NCBI GenBank assembly: GCA_965112635.1
Contig: OZ218778.1
Span: forward strand, 1,824,001 to 1,888,000
Direction: 5' to 3'
Source: an uncultured bacterium
Lineage (GTDB): Bacteria; Oederibacteriota; Oederibacteriia; Oederibacteriales; Oederibacteriaceae
DNA length: 64,000 bases
Shown here: positions 22,201 through 30,238 of the stretch, piece by piece
How the letters are laid out: every line of letters begins with the position of its first letter
Numbering within the stretch: the first letter of the stretch is position 1
Translations under genes and position numbers: made by a program
Notes under the pieces: model-generated
The model's database searches: none
What the model saw: the letters and a program-made list of their open reading frames with translations, nothing else
Told to the model about the DNA's origin: nothing

Positions 22201-25200
22201 CATCTACGGTTACCGCCACCAATACGGCCACCAGCACTACTACCAGCACAGCAACTAATACGACTACCAACACAGCTACTAATACAGCCACCCAGACCGC
22301 TACCGCCACGGCCACACGGACCTATTCTTTGACCAACACAGCTACGAACACAGCTACACCAACGCTGACCTCAACTACTACCGCAACAGCTACATCTACG
22401 GTTACAGCGACCAATACGACAACGAATACTGCAACAAATACGGCTACGAACACAACTACTCAGACAGCGACCTCAACTACTACTGCCACAGCTACATCCA
22501 CGATTACAGCGACCAGCACGGCTACTAATACGGCCACTAACACAGCAACCAATACTGGGACAAATACTGCCACGAATACTGTTACCCAGACGATGACCGC
22601 AACTATTACTGTCACAGCTACATCTACAGCTTCAGCCACCAATTCGGCTACGAACACAGCTACTAACACGGCGACTAATACGGCCACGAACACGGCTACA
22701 AATACTGCCACGAATACAGCCACCCAGACGGCGACCTCAACTGCTACCGCCACAGCTACATCTACGGTTACCGCCACCAATACGGCCACCAGCACTACTA
22801 CCAGCACAGCAACTAATACGACTACCAACACAGCTACTAATACAGCCACCCAGACCGCTACCGCCACGGCCACACAGACCTATTCTTTGACTAACACAGC
22901 TACCGCTACATCCACGAACACAAACACGCAGACGGCCACAAGCACGGCCACTTACACGCTAACCAGCACAGCTACGGCCACCGCTACGCAGACCTATACT
23001 TTGACCAGCACCGCTACAGCTACGGTTACGAATACAAACACGCGGACGGCCACAAGCACGGCTACCAATACGGCTACTAGCACAGCTACAAATACGGCCA
23101 CCAACACAGCTACGAACACAGCTACACCAACGCTGACCTCAACTACTACCGCAACAGCTACATCTACGGTTACAGCGACCAATACGACAACGAATACTGC
23201 AACAAATACGGCTACGAACACAACTACTCAGACAGCGACCTCAACTACTACTGCCACAGCTACATCCACGATTACAGCGACCAGCACGGCTACTAATACG
23301 GCCACTAACACAGCAACCAATACTGGGACAAATACTGCCACGAATACTGTTACCCAGACGATGACCGCAACTATTACTGTCACAGCTACATCTACAGCTT
23401 CAGCCACCAATTCGGCTACGAACACAGCTACTAACACGGCGACTAATACGGCCACGAACACGGCTACAAATACTGCCACGAATACAGCCACCCAGACGGC
23501 GACCTCAACTGCTACCGCCACAGCTACATCTACGGTTACCGCCACCAATACGGCCACCAGCACTACTACCAGCACAGCAACTAATACGACTACCAACACA
23601 GCTACTAATACAGCCACCCAGACCGCTACCGCCACGGCCACACAGACCTATTCTTTGACCAACACAGCTACAGCTACGGTTACGAATACAAACACGCGGA
23701 CGGCCACAAGCACGGCTACCAATACGGCTACTAGCACAGCTACAAATACGGCCACCAACACAGCTACGAACACAGCTACACCAACGCTGACCTCAACTAC
23801 TACCGCCACAGCTACATCTACGGTTACAGCGACCAATACTTCTACGAATACAGCTACTAATACGCCCACCAATACAGCTACTTGGACTGCGACCCCAACC
23901 GCCACTGCCACATCAACATCTACAGTTACAGACACCAGTACAGCTACTTATACTGGGACAAATACGGCTACGAACACCACTACCAATACGGCCACTAACA
24001 CGGCAACCAACACAGCGACGAATACAGCTACAAGTACGGCAACCAGCACGAGTACCACGACAAATACGGTAACGAATACAGTTACTAACACAGCCACAAA
24101 TACGGTTACTTGGACAATGACTAATACGGCTACCAACACAGCTACAAATACAGCCACCCAGACGGCGACCTCAACTGCTACCGCCACAGCTACATCTACG
24201 GTTACAGCGACCAATACGACAACGAATACTGCAACAAATACCGCAACGAACACAACTACTCAGACAGCGACCTCAACTACTACTGCCACAGCTACATCCA
24301 CGATTACAGCGACCAGCACGGCTACTAATACGGCCACTAAAACAGCAACCAATACTGGGACAAATACTGCCACGAATACTGTTACCCAGACGATGACCGC
24401 AACTATTACTGTCACAGCTACATCTACGGTTACCGCAACCAATACGGCCACAAACACAGCTACGAATACGGCTTCTCAGACAACAACAGCAACAACTACT
24501 ACTACAGCTACCAATACAGCTACTAATACGTCCACCAATACTGCTACTTGGACTGCGACCCTAACTGCCACTGCCACGTTAACATCTACAGTTACGGCCA
24601 CCAGTACAGCTACTTATACTGGGACAAATACGGCTACGAACACCGCTACCAATACAGCTACTTGGACAGCAACTAATACGGCCACCAACACAGCTACGAA
24701 CACAAATACTCAGACAGCGACCTCAACTGCTACTGCCACGGCTACGTCTACTAATACAGTAACCAATACGACAACCAATACGGCCACAAATACTGCAACA
24801 AATACATCCACGATTACAGCTACCCAGACGGCAACAACAACTGCTACTGCCACTGCTACATCTACGGTTACAGCTACCAATACAGCTACTGATACGACAA
24901 CGAATACGGCCACAAATACGACTACGAACACCACTACCAATACGGTTACTAACACGGCAACAAATACAGCGACGAATACGGCTACCAGTACGGCAACCAG
25001 TACGAGTACCACTACGAACACAGCCACGAACACAGCCACTAATACTGCGACAAATACAGGCACAAATACTGCTACCCAGACGATGACATCAACTGTTACT
25101 GCCACAGCTACATCTACTGCTACAACTACCAATACGGCGACCAGCACGGCAACTAATACAGCTACGAATACAGCTTCTCAGACAGCAACCGCAACCCCTA

Positions 25201-28200
25201 CCGCCACAGCTACGGCTTCTAATACAACAACCAATACTGCAACAAATACTGTCACTACCACGACTACCAACACGGCCACTACTACAGTTACCAATACGGC
25301 TACAAATACCACTACAGATACGGCAACTAATACGACTACCAGCACAGCTACAAACACAGCAACTCAGACTTCTACGAACACCACTACCAGCACAGCTACA
25401 AATACGGTTACAAATACGGCTACTTCTACAATAACCAACACAGCTTCGAGTACCGCTACAAACACAACAACTAATACGATTACCAATACTGCTACAAACA
25501 CAGCGACTCAGACTGTGACGAACACGGCTACCATTACAGCTACAAGCACGACTACAAACACAGCTACGAACACGGCAACTAGCACTGCGACAAATACAGC
25601 GACGAATACAGCTACAAGTACTGCAACAAGTACGAGTTCCGCTACCAATACAGCTACCAACACTGCTACAAATACCGTCACTAATACTGCTACGAACACG
25701 GCAACCAATACTGCGACAAATACAACGACGATTACAGCTACCCAGACGGCGACCTTAACTACTACTACCACAGCTACATCTACGGTTACGGCAACCAACA
25801 CGGCTTCTAATACAACAACAAATACTGCTACCAGCACGGCCACTAATACGGCAACAAATACTGCTACAAATACTGCCACGAATACTGCTACACAGACGGC
25901 GAGCTCAACTGTTACTGCCACAGCGACAGCTACATTGACAGCGACCAACACAACCACAAACACGACTTCCAATACAACTACGAACTCAGACACTCCAACA
26001 GCTACGAACACCGCTACCATTACAGTTACCAGTACGGCCACTAATACTATGACTAATACATCAACTAGTACTGGCACGAATACCAATACAACAACCCAAA
26101 CAACCACGAACACAACAACAAATACGGCTACTTGGACGGCGACTATTACTCCTACTAATACCACCACGAACACAGCTACAAACACGACTACAAACACAAC
26201 CACGAACACAGCAACTAACACTGCGACAATTACTTCAACTACTACCACTACCAATACTGCCACCAATACGGTTACTAACACTGCAAGCAATACTGCTACA
26301 AATACAGCGACGATTACTGCTACCCAGACGGCGACCTCAACTGCTACCGCCACAGCTACATCTACGGTTACAGCGACCATCACAACTACTAACACGACTA
26401 CGAATACCGCTACGAACACGACCACTAATACAGCTACCAATACAGCGACCAATACGGCTACGAATACCGCCACGAATACAACAACTAATACGACTACCAA
26501 TACAGCTTCAAACACGGCAACCCAGACGGCTACGAACACCGCTACTATTACCTCTACAAACACGACTACAAACACAGCCACCAACACGGAAACTAACACT
26601 GTGACTATTACTTCAACTACTACCGCTACCAATACTGCCACCAACACCGCGACGAGTACTGCAACTAATACAGCTACAAACACGACCACGGGAACCGTAA
26701 CAAATACTGCAACCAACACAGCGACTCAGACGGCTACGAGCACCACTACAAATACAGCTACCAATACGGCCACCAATACTGTGACCAATACATCAACTAG
26801 TACAGGTACGAATACCGATACGGCAACCCAAACAACTACGAATACAACAACAAATACGGCGACTTGGACGGCGACTAATACTCCTACTAATACCATCACG
26901 AACACTTCCACTAACACGACTACAAATACCACAACAAATACTGCAACTAATACGGTAACGAACACAAATACGATCACGAATACAGCGACCCAGACGATTA
27001 CCAATACTGTGACCAGTACAACAACAAGCACCACGACTTATACAACAACGAACACGAGCACCAGCACTAACACGGCGACTCAAACCGCAACGAATACAAC
27101 TACAAGCACTGTTACAAATACAAGCACCCAAACAGCGACAAATACGACTACTCAGACCGCCACTCAAACAGCAACTCAGACAGAGACAGTTACTGCAACC
27201 GACACGGCAACTCAAACTGCCACCCAGACAATCACTCAGACAGCGTCAAGTACGGAGACCGTCACGAATACCACCACAGCAACCAGCACGACTACGACAA
27301 CCAATACAACTACTGCAACTTGTTCGTCTACCTTGACCGCAACTCCTACAGTGACCAGCACGTTGACAACGACCTTTACGGGGACAAGTTCAGCAACTCA
27401 AACGGCGACTGCAACTAGTACAAATACGAATACGAATACTGCAACAGGCACTACGACCAATACGGAAACTAATACAGCTACTCAGACTGCTTCGAGTACC
27501 GTGACAACAACTGGCACGCCGACGAATACGGTTACCTCGACAGCCACTATTTCCCTTACATTCACAAATACAGTGACTCAAACCACAACAGCTACGGCTA
27601 CTTTGACGGTTACGACTACTACTACAAGTACAATTACAAATACTGCCACCACCACCAATACGGAGACATCGACATCTACCAGCACGACCACTGGTTCGGA
27701 GACTGCTACAAGTTCCGCGACAACGACGCCCACTAATACTGGTACCTCAACCACTACCGCAACGGAAACGATTACCGCTACTATAACTTGTACATTTACC
27801 GAAACTTACACGGAAACTAGCACATCAACTAATACAGCTACTCCTACAAATACCTGCACTGTAACTGTGACTACAACTTCAACTGAAACTATGACTTCCA
27901 CCTGTTCTTACACTGCCACTTTGACAGATACAGTGACTTTAACTTGGACTGAAACAGCAACTTGTACTGAGACGGCAACCTGGACTGAAACAAGTTCACC
28001 AACAGCAACTGCCACGATCACGCTGACCCCAACCTCGACTCAGACAGGGACCCAAACGGCGACTCAGACTGATACGCAATCTGCAACCTCTACGGGCACC
28101 CCAACAAGCACTAACACAGTTTCGAATACAGTGACCCAGACAAGTACCAGCACTTTAACTTCAACGTTGTCATCTACCGGAACGACCACATCAACTGGGA

Positions 28201-29780
28201 CAATAACGAGCACGGGAACAATGACTATGACAGCGACTAATACAGGTACAGTGACGTTGAGTTCTACCTCAACCAATACCCCCACTCCAACTCCAACAAG
28301 TAGTGCCACCAATACGATTACGCTGACTTATACTCAAACTAAGACTGGCACCGTCACCACTACAGCAACACAAACAGCAACGGTGACCACGACAGGCACC
28401 ATCACCCTTACCTTTACACAAACGGCTACATCTACGATGACCGCCACGACGACCATGACAGCAACGATCACCCTGACCAGTACTATTACTTTGACTTTTA
28501 CGCAGACGGCAACAGCTACTAACACGGCAACGATCACTCTGACTTTCACGAGCACCAATTCTGCTACAAACACTGATACAGCATCTAGGACGAGCACCGC
28601 CACCATGACAGCGACTATTACTCTGACCCCAACTATCACCCAGACACCTACAACAACTACTACATATTCTTTGACCCTAACTCCGAGTTTAACCTTTACT
28701 TATTTGCCTTCTTCTACCCAAACCATGACAAGCACCATTAGCCCAACTTCATCCAAAACACCAACAATCACTTTGACATTTACCCAATCCTTAACAACGA
28801 CTAATACCGGTACCGTGACGGTTACCATGACCATCACTACTACCGGGACCATAACGGCTACCTCCACTTCAACACAAACTTATTCGAGGACGGCGACTAT
28901 CACCCTCACTGCCACAATTTCCAATACGCCCTCTCAAACCCTAACGCTTACAATTACAACCACCTCGTCCCTCACGCCTACTTCGACTAACACCAGTACA
29001 GCAACAAGGACTGCGACAGTTACCGCGACGAGCATTGGAACCTCTACCCAAACATGGACCTTAACCACCACTCTGACCCTAACCTATACTCCCACTACCA
29101 CTATGACCATTACGCTCACCACGACCCCTACGACGACTCCAACGCCCTCACTTACCCTAACCAGCACCTATTCAGTCACGTCTTCCCAAACCTTCACTGC
29201 TAGCACGACCTTCACGATCACTCCCACCCCTGGACCTTCTACTCTAACGGTCCAGGTTTTGGATGCGTTTGATGAACTGAGGTTGTCTGGGGCCACGGTT
29301 TCTATCACAGGGCCTTCAGGAACGCTAACTGGCAGTACGGATGGACGGGGGAATGTTACCTTTAACGGACTAGTCTTTGGGTCATATACCGTAAGTGCTT
29401 CAATGACCGGCTATAATGGATCTTCAGGGAATGCTGTGCTAGCTCAACTAAATAATAGTTTGTTGATACGGCTCTACACGCAGTACAAGTCCAGTGTCCC
29501 TTATCTGACCAAGAACATAATCAACCCACTGAAAAATGAGAGCCTTGAGATCGGATGTCTGCTTACTCAGAAAGAGCACGTTTTGATCAAGATATTTACC
29601 CTTTCTGGCGGGGCAGAGATCATCACTCTTGTTGATCAGGACATTAGTCAGGGTCGCTATGCTGTAGAATGGTTCGGCAAAACCATTAATGGTGACACTG
29701 TGGGCAATGGGATTTATATAGTCTTTATTCAACTCGGGACTGACAGGTTCATCAAGAAAGTCGCTGTAGTTAAGCAATAA
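16236..29780 (+). CDS. Giant 4514-aa Thr-Xaa repeat surface protein: N-terminal hydrophobic signal/anchor, one carboxypeptidase-regulatory-like domain, C-terminal FlgD-Ig/T9SS-like CTD
   Basis: Uninterrupted 13.5-kb ORF with GGAG RBS. Hydrophobic IIFWITFSILFCLFFFWLVFF then VYA-A. Thr/Ser at nearly every second residue from ~aa 51 to ~4330. LSGATVSI...TDGRGNVTFNGLVFGSYTVSASMTGY; ends YLTKNIINP...IKIFTLSG...EWFGK...GNGIYIV...KKVAVVKQ. Confidence 0.9.
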   Translation: MSLWGRRFDKEDKIIFWITFSILFCLFFFWLVFFMPGPEHEIPQYVYAAGTNTATATATRTATKTATQTATSTITKTATSTATNTVTNTATSSATRTSTQTATATATQTYSQTATVTRTATNTATNTATNTATQTSTQTATATATQTYSQTATVTRTATNTATNTATNTATQTSTQTATPTATQTYSQTATITRTATNTSTNTATNTATNTATNTSTSSATRTSTQTATSTATNTMTGTGSATNTATNTATNTATNTATRTSTQTATATATQTYSQTATITRTATNTSTNTATNTATNTATNTSTSSATRTSTQTATSTATNTVTGTGSATNTSTSTATNTATSTTTNTVTNTATNTTTNTTTQTATQTATNTVTNSATNTATQTATNTASQTATQTATNTETQTATQTATQTATATATVTGSVTNTSTQTTTNTATNTATNTETQTLTSTITATVTSTVTATNTASQTATNTSTNTMTNTETQTITSTITATATSTLTATNTATQTTTNTATNTASNTATNTVTNTTTNTATSTATYTATSTITLTITATATSTATATNTPTNTATNTATRTATSTITRTATSTATATSTSTRTATNTATNTATNTATSTATRTITLTATATATNTATRTATSTATATSTSTRTATQTATNTVTNTATNTATRTATSTATATSTSTRTATQTATNTATQTATNTATQTATQTATATATQTYSQTATVTRTASNTATNTATNTATQTATQTATATATQTYSQTATVTRTATNTATNTATNTATNTASNTTTLTATSTATTTATTTVTATNTASNTATNTATNTATNTATNTATNTATQTATATATQTYSQTATVTRTATNTATNTATNTVTQTATITATQTATQTATATATQTYSQTATVTRTATNTATNTATNTATRTATSTATVTATSTVTATNTATNTATATATQTYTLTNTATATSTNTNTQTATSTATYTLTSTATATATQTYTLTNTATVTSTNTNTQTATSTQTYTLTNTATATATNTNTRTATSTATYTLTSTATASATQTYTLSNTATATATNTNTRTATSTATCTLTSTATATATQTYTLTNTATATATNTNTRTTTSTGTYTLTFTATATATQTYSLTNTATATATNTNTQTATSTATYTLTSTATATQTYSLTNTATATATNTNTRTATSTATYTLTSTATATATQTYTLTNTATATATQTYSLTNTATATATNTNTRTATSTATYTLTSTATASATQTYTLSNTATATATNTNTRTATSTATCTLTSTATATATQTYTLTNTATATATQTYSLTNTATATFTNTNTQTATSTATYTLTSTATATATQTYTLTNTATATATNTNTQTATSTATYTLTSTATATATQTYTLTNTATATATQTYTLTNTATATATQTYTLTNTATATATQTYSLTNTATATFTNTNTQTATSTATYTLTSTATATATQTYSLTNTATVTNTNTRTATSTATYTLTSTATATATQTYTLTNTATATTTNTNTQTATSTATYTLTSTATTTATQTYSLSNTATATATNTNTRTATSTATCTLTSTATATATQTYTLTNTATATATQTYSLTNTATVTNTNTRTATSTATYTLTSTATATATQTYTLTNTATATTTNTNTQTATSTATYTLTSTATATQTYTLTSTVTATATNTNTQTATSTATYTLTSTATATITNTNTRTATSTATYTLTSTATATATQTYSLTNTATVTNTNTRTATSTATYTLTSTATATATQTYSLTNTATATFTNTNTQTATSTATYTLTSTATATATQTYTLTNTATATATNTNTQTATSTQTYTLTSTATATATQTYTLTNTATATSTNTNTQTATSTATYTLTSTATATATQTYTLTNTATVTSTNTNTQTATATATQTYSLTNTATATATNTNTRTATSTATYTLTSTATATATQTYTLTNTATATVTNTNTRTATSTATYTLTSTATATNTATNTATNTATSTATNTATQTATSTATATATSTVTATNTATSTTTSTATNTTTNTATNTATQTATATATRTYSLTNTATNTATPTLTSTTTATATSTVTATNTTTNTATNTATNTTTQTATSTTTATATSTITATSTATNTATNTATNTGTNTATNTVTQTMTATITVTATSTASATNSATNTATNTATNTATNTATNTATNTATQTATSTATATATSTVTATNTATSTTTSTATNTTTNTATNTATQTATATATQTYSLTNTATATSTNTNTQTATSTATYTLTSTATATATQTYTLTSTATATVTNTNTRTATSTATNTATSTATNTATNTATNTATPTLTSTTTATATSTVTATNTTTNTATNTATNTTTQTATSTTTATATSTITATSTATNTATNTATNTGTNTATNTVTQTMTATITVTATSTASATNSATNTATNTATNTATNTATNTATNTATQTATSTATATATSTVTATNTATSTTTSTATNTTTNTATNTATQTATATATQTYSLTNTATATVTNTNTRTATSTATNTATSTATNTATNTATNTATPTLTSTTTATATSTVTATNTSTNTATNTPTNTATWTATPTATATSTSTVTDTSTATYTGTNTATNTTTNTATNTATNTATNTATSTATSTSTTTNTVTNTVTNTATNTVTWTMTNTATNTATNTATQTATSTATATATSTVTATNTTTNTATNTATNTTTQTATSTTTATATSTITATSTATNTATKTATNTGTNTATNTVTQTMTATITVTATSTVTATNTATNTATNTASQTTTATTTTTATNTATNTSTNTATWTATLTATATLTSTVTATSTATYTGTNTATNTATNTATWTATNTATNTATNTNTQTATSTATATATSTNTVTNTTTNTATNTATNTSTITATQTATTTATATATSTVTATNTATDTTTNTATNTTTNTTTNTVTNTATNTATNTATSTATSTSTTTNTATNTATNTATNTGTNTATQTMTSTVTATATSTATTTNTATSTATNTATNTASQTATATPTATATASNTTTNTATNTVTTTTTNTATTTVTNTATNTTTDTATNTTTSTATNTATQTSTNTTTSTATNTVTNTATSTITNTASSTATNTTTNTITNTATNTATQTVTNTATITATSTTTNTATNTATSTATNTATNTATSTATSTSSATNTATNTATNTVTNTATNTATNTATNTTTITATQTATLTTTTTATSTVTATNTASNTTTNTATSTATNTATNTATNTATNTATQTASSTVTATATATLTATNTTTNTTSNTTTNSDTPTATNTATITVTSTATNTMTNTSTSTGTNTNTTTQTTTNTTTNTATWTATITPTNTTTNTATNTTTNTTTNTATNTATITSTTTTTNTATNTVTNTASNTATNTATITATQTATSTATATATSTVTATITTTNTTTNTATNTTTNTATNTATNTATNTATNTTTNTTTNTASNTATQTATNTATITSTNTTTNTATNTETNTVTITSTTTATNTATNTATSTATNTATNTTTGTVTNTATNTATQTATSTTTNTATNTATNTVTNTSTSTGTNTDTATQTTTNTTTNTATWTATNTPTNTITNTSTNTTTNTTTNTATNTVTNTNTITNTATQTITNTVTSTTTSTTTYTTTNTSTSTNTATQTATNTTTSTVTNTSTQTATNTTTQTATQTATQTETVTATDTATQTATQTITQTASSTETVTNTTTATSTTTTTNTTTATCSSTLTATPTVTSTLTTTFTGTSSATQTATATSTNTNTNTATGTTTNTETNTATQTASSTVTTTGTPTNTVTSTATISLTFTNTVTQTTTATATLTVTTTTTSTITNTATTTNTETSTSTSTTTGSETATSSATTTPTNTGTSTTTATETITATITCTFTETYTETSTSTNTATPTNTCTVTVTTTSTETMTSTCSYTATLTDTVTLTWTETATCTETATWTETSSPTATATITLTPTSTQTGTQTATQTDTQSATSTGTPTSTNTVSNTVTQTSTSTLTSTLSSTGTTTSTGTITSTGTMTMTATNTGTVTLSSTSTNTPTPTPTSSATNTITLTYTQTKTGTVTTTATQTATVTTTGTITLTFTQTATSTMTATTTMTATITLTSTITLTFTQTATATNTATITLTFTSTNSATNTDTASRTSTATMTATITLTPTITQTPTTTTTYSLTLTPSLTFTYLPSSTQTMTSTISPTSSKTPTITLTFTQSLTTTNTGTVTVTMTITTTGTITATSTSTQTYSRTATITLTATISNTPSQTLTLTITTTSSLTPTSTNTSTATRTATVTATSIGTSTQTWTLTTTLTLTYTPTTTMTITLTTTPTTTPTPSLTLTSTYSVTSSQTFTASTTFTITPTPGPSTLTVQVLDAFDELRLSGATVSITGPSGTLTGSTDGRGNVTFNGLVFGSYTVSASMTGYNGSSGNAVLAQLNNSLLIRLYTQYKSSVPYLTKNIINPLKNESLEIGCLLTQKEHVLIKIFTLSGGAEIITLVDQDISQGRYAVEWFGKTINGDTVGNGIYIVFIQLGTDRFIKKVAVVKQ
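19261..20106 (+). repeat. Intragenic direct repeat, ~240 bp at ~19261-19500 and ~19867-20106 (offset 606 bp)
   Basis: Both copies read ccgccacggccacgaacacgaacacgcggacagctaccagcacggccacttacacactaaccagcacagccacggcttcggctacacag... and both contain the rare TCTL codons. Confidence 0.8.
22333..23659 (+). repeat. Intragenic near-perfect direct repeat, ~560 bp at 22333-22891 and 23101-23659 (offset 768 bp); partial third copy ~24181-24427
   Basis: Identical antisense ORF translations at 22460-22873 and 23228-23641; DNA ends compared by eye. Confidence 0.85.
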
Positions 29781-29836
29781 ATACACATGATTTTCGGTTG
29801 TTTTATCTGGGAGGAACAGTTGAAAGGCTGGCTTAA

Positions 29837-30232
29837 ATGAACTGGAAAAAGGTTGTTCTTTGTATTTTTATTACCCTTTTCTCCTTATGGGGCAATCTTG
29901 CATTCAGCCAAGGCATTCCATGGCTGGACCAAGATGGGTTGTTTCTGGGCCATAACAAGATCAATCCGCTGAATCATGAGTCTGTATCTGTTGTCTATCA
30001 TTTGGCGCAGGACACCCATGTGGTCATAAAAATTTATGATCTTTCCGGCCAGAAACTTATCAGGACATTAGTGGACGGGAATTTTGGAGGGAGTTGGTCA
30101 TACCAAGTTTTTTGGGATGGCACCAGTAGAAGTGGAGATGTTGTTGGAAATGGTATTTACGTCATTCAGTTAGTAACCAAAAGTGTAAATATACTCAAAT
30201 TCATTGCCGTGGTTAAAACCACAGGCAGTTAA
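29837..30232 (+). CDS. Small secreted protein consisting only of a FlgD-Ig/T9SS-like CTD
   Basis: Signal peptide (MNWKKVVLCIFITLFSLWGNLAFS) then LFLGHNKINP...IKIYDLSGQKLIRTLVD...FWDGTSRSGDVVGNGIYVI...KFIAVVK. Confidence 0.8.
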   Translation: MNWKKVVLCIFITLFSLWGNLAFSQGIPWLDQDGLFLGHNKINPLNHESVSVVYHLAQDTHVVIKIYDLSGQKLIRTLVDGNFGGSWSYQVFWDGTSRSGDVVGNGIYVIQLVTKSVNILKFIAVVKTTGS

Positions 30233-30238
30233 AGGGGG

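Noticed and set aside
18300-22330. Recurrent ~20-30-bp motif (cgcagacctatac/tt...) resembling a CRISPR array
   Set aside because: Repeats are degenerate and in-frame within a CDS, the intervening sequences are themselves repetitive, and no cas genes were seen.
16373-28639. Many minus-strand poly-(Val-Ala) ORFs of up to 403 aa, plus Cys/Ser/Arg-rich ORFs (also at 1471-3599)
   Set aside because: These are antisense shadows of the ACN-rich Thr-Xaa codons, which rarely produce stops; no RBS or domain content.
29837-30232. Flagellar hook-cap gene flgD
   Set aside because: Only the Ig-like part is present, with a Sec-type signal and no flagellar neighbours.
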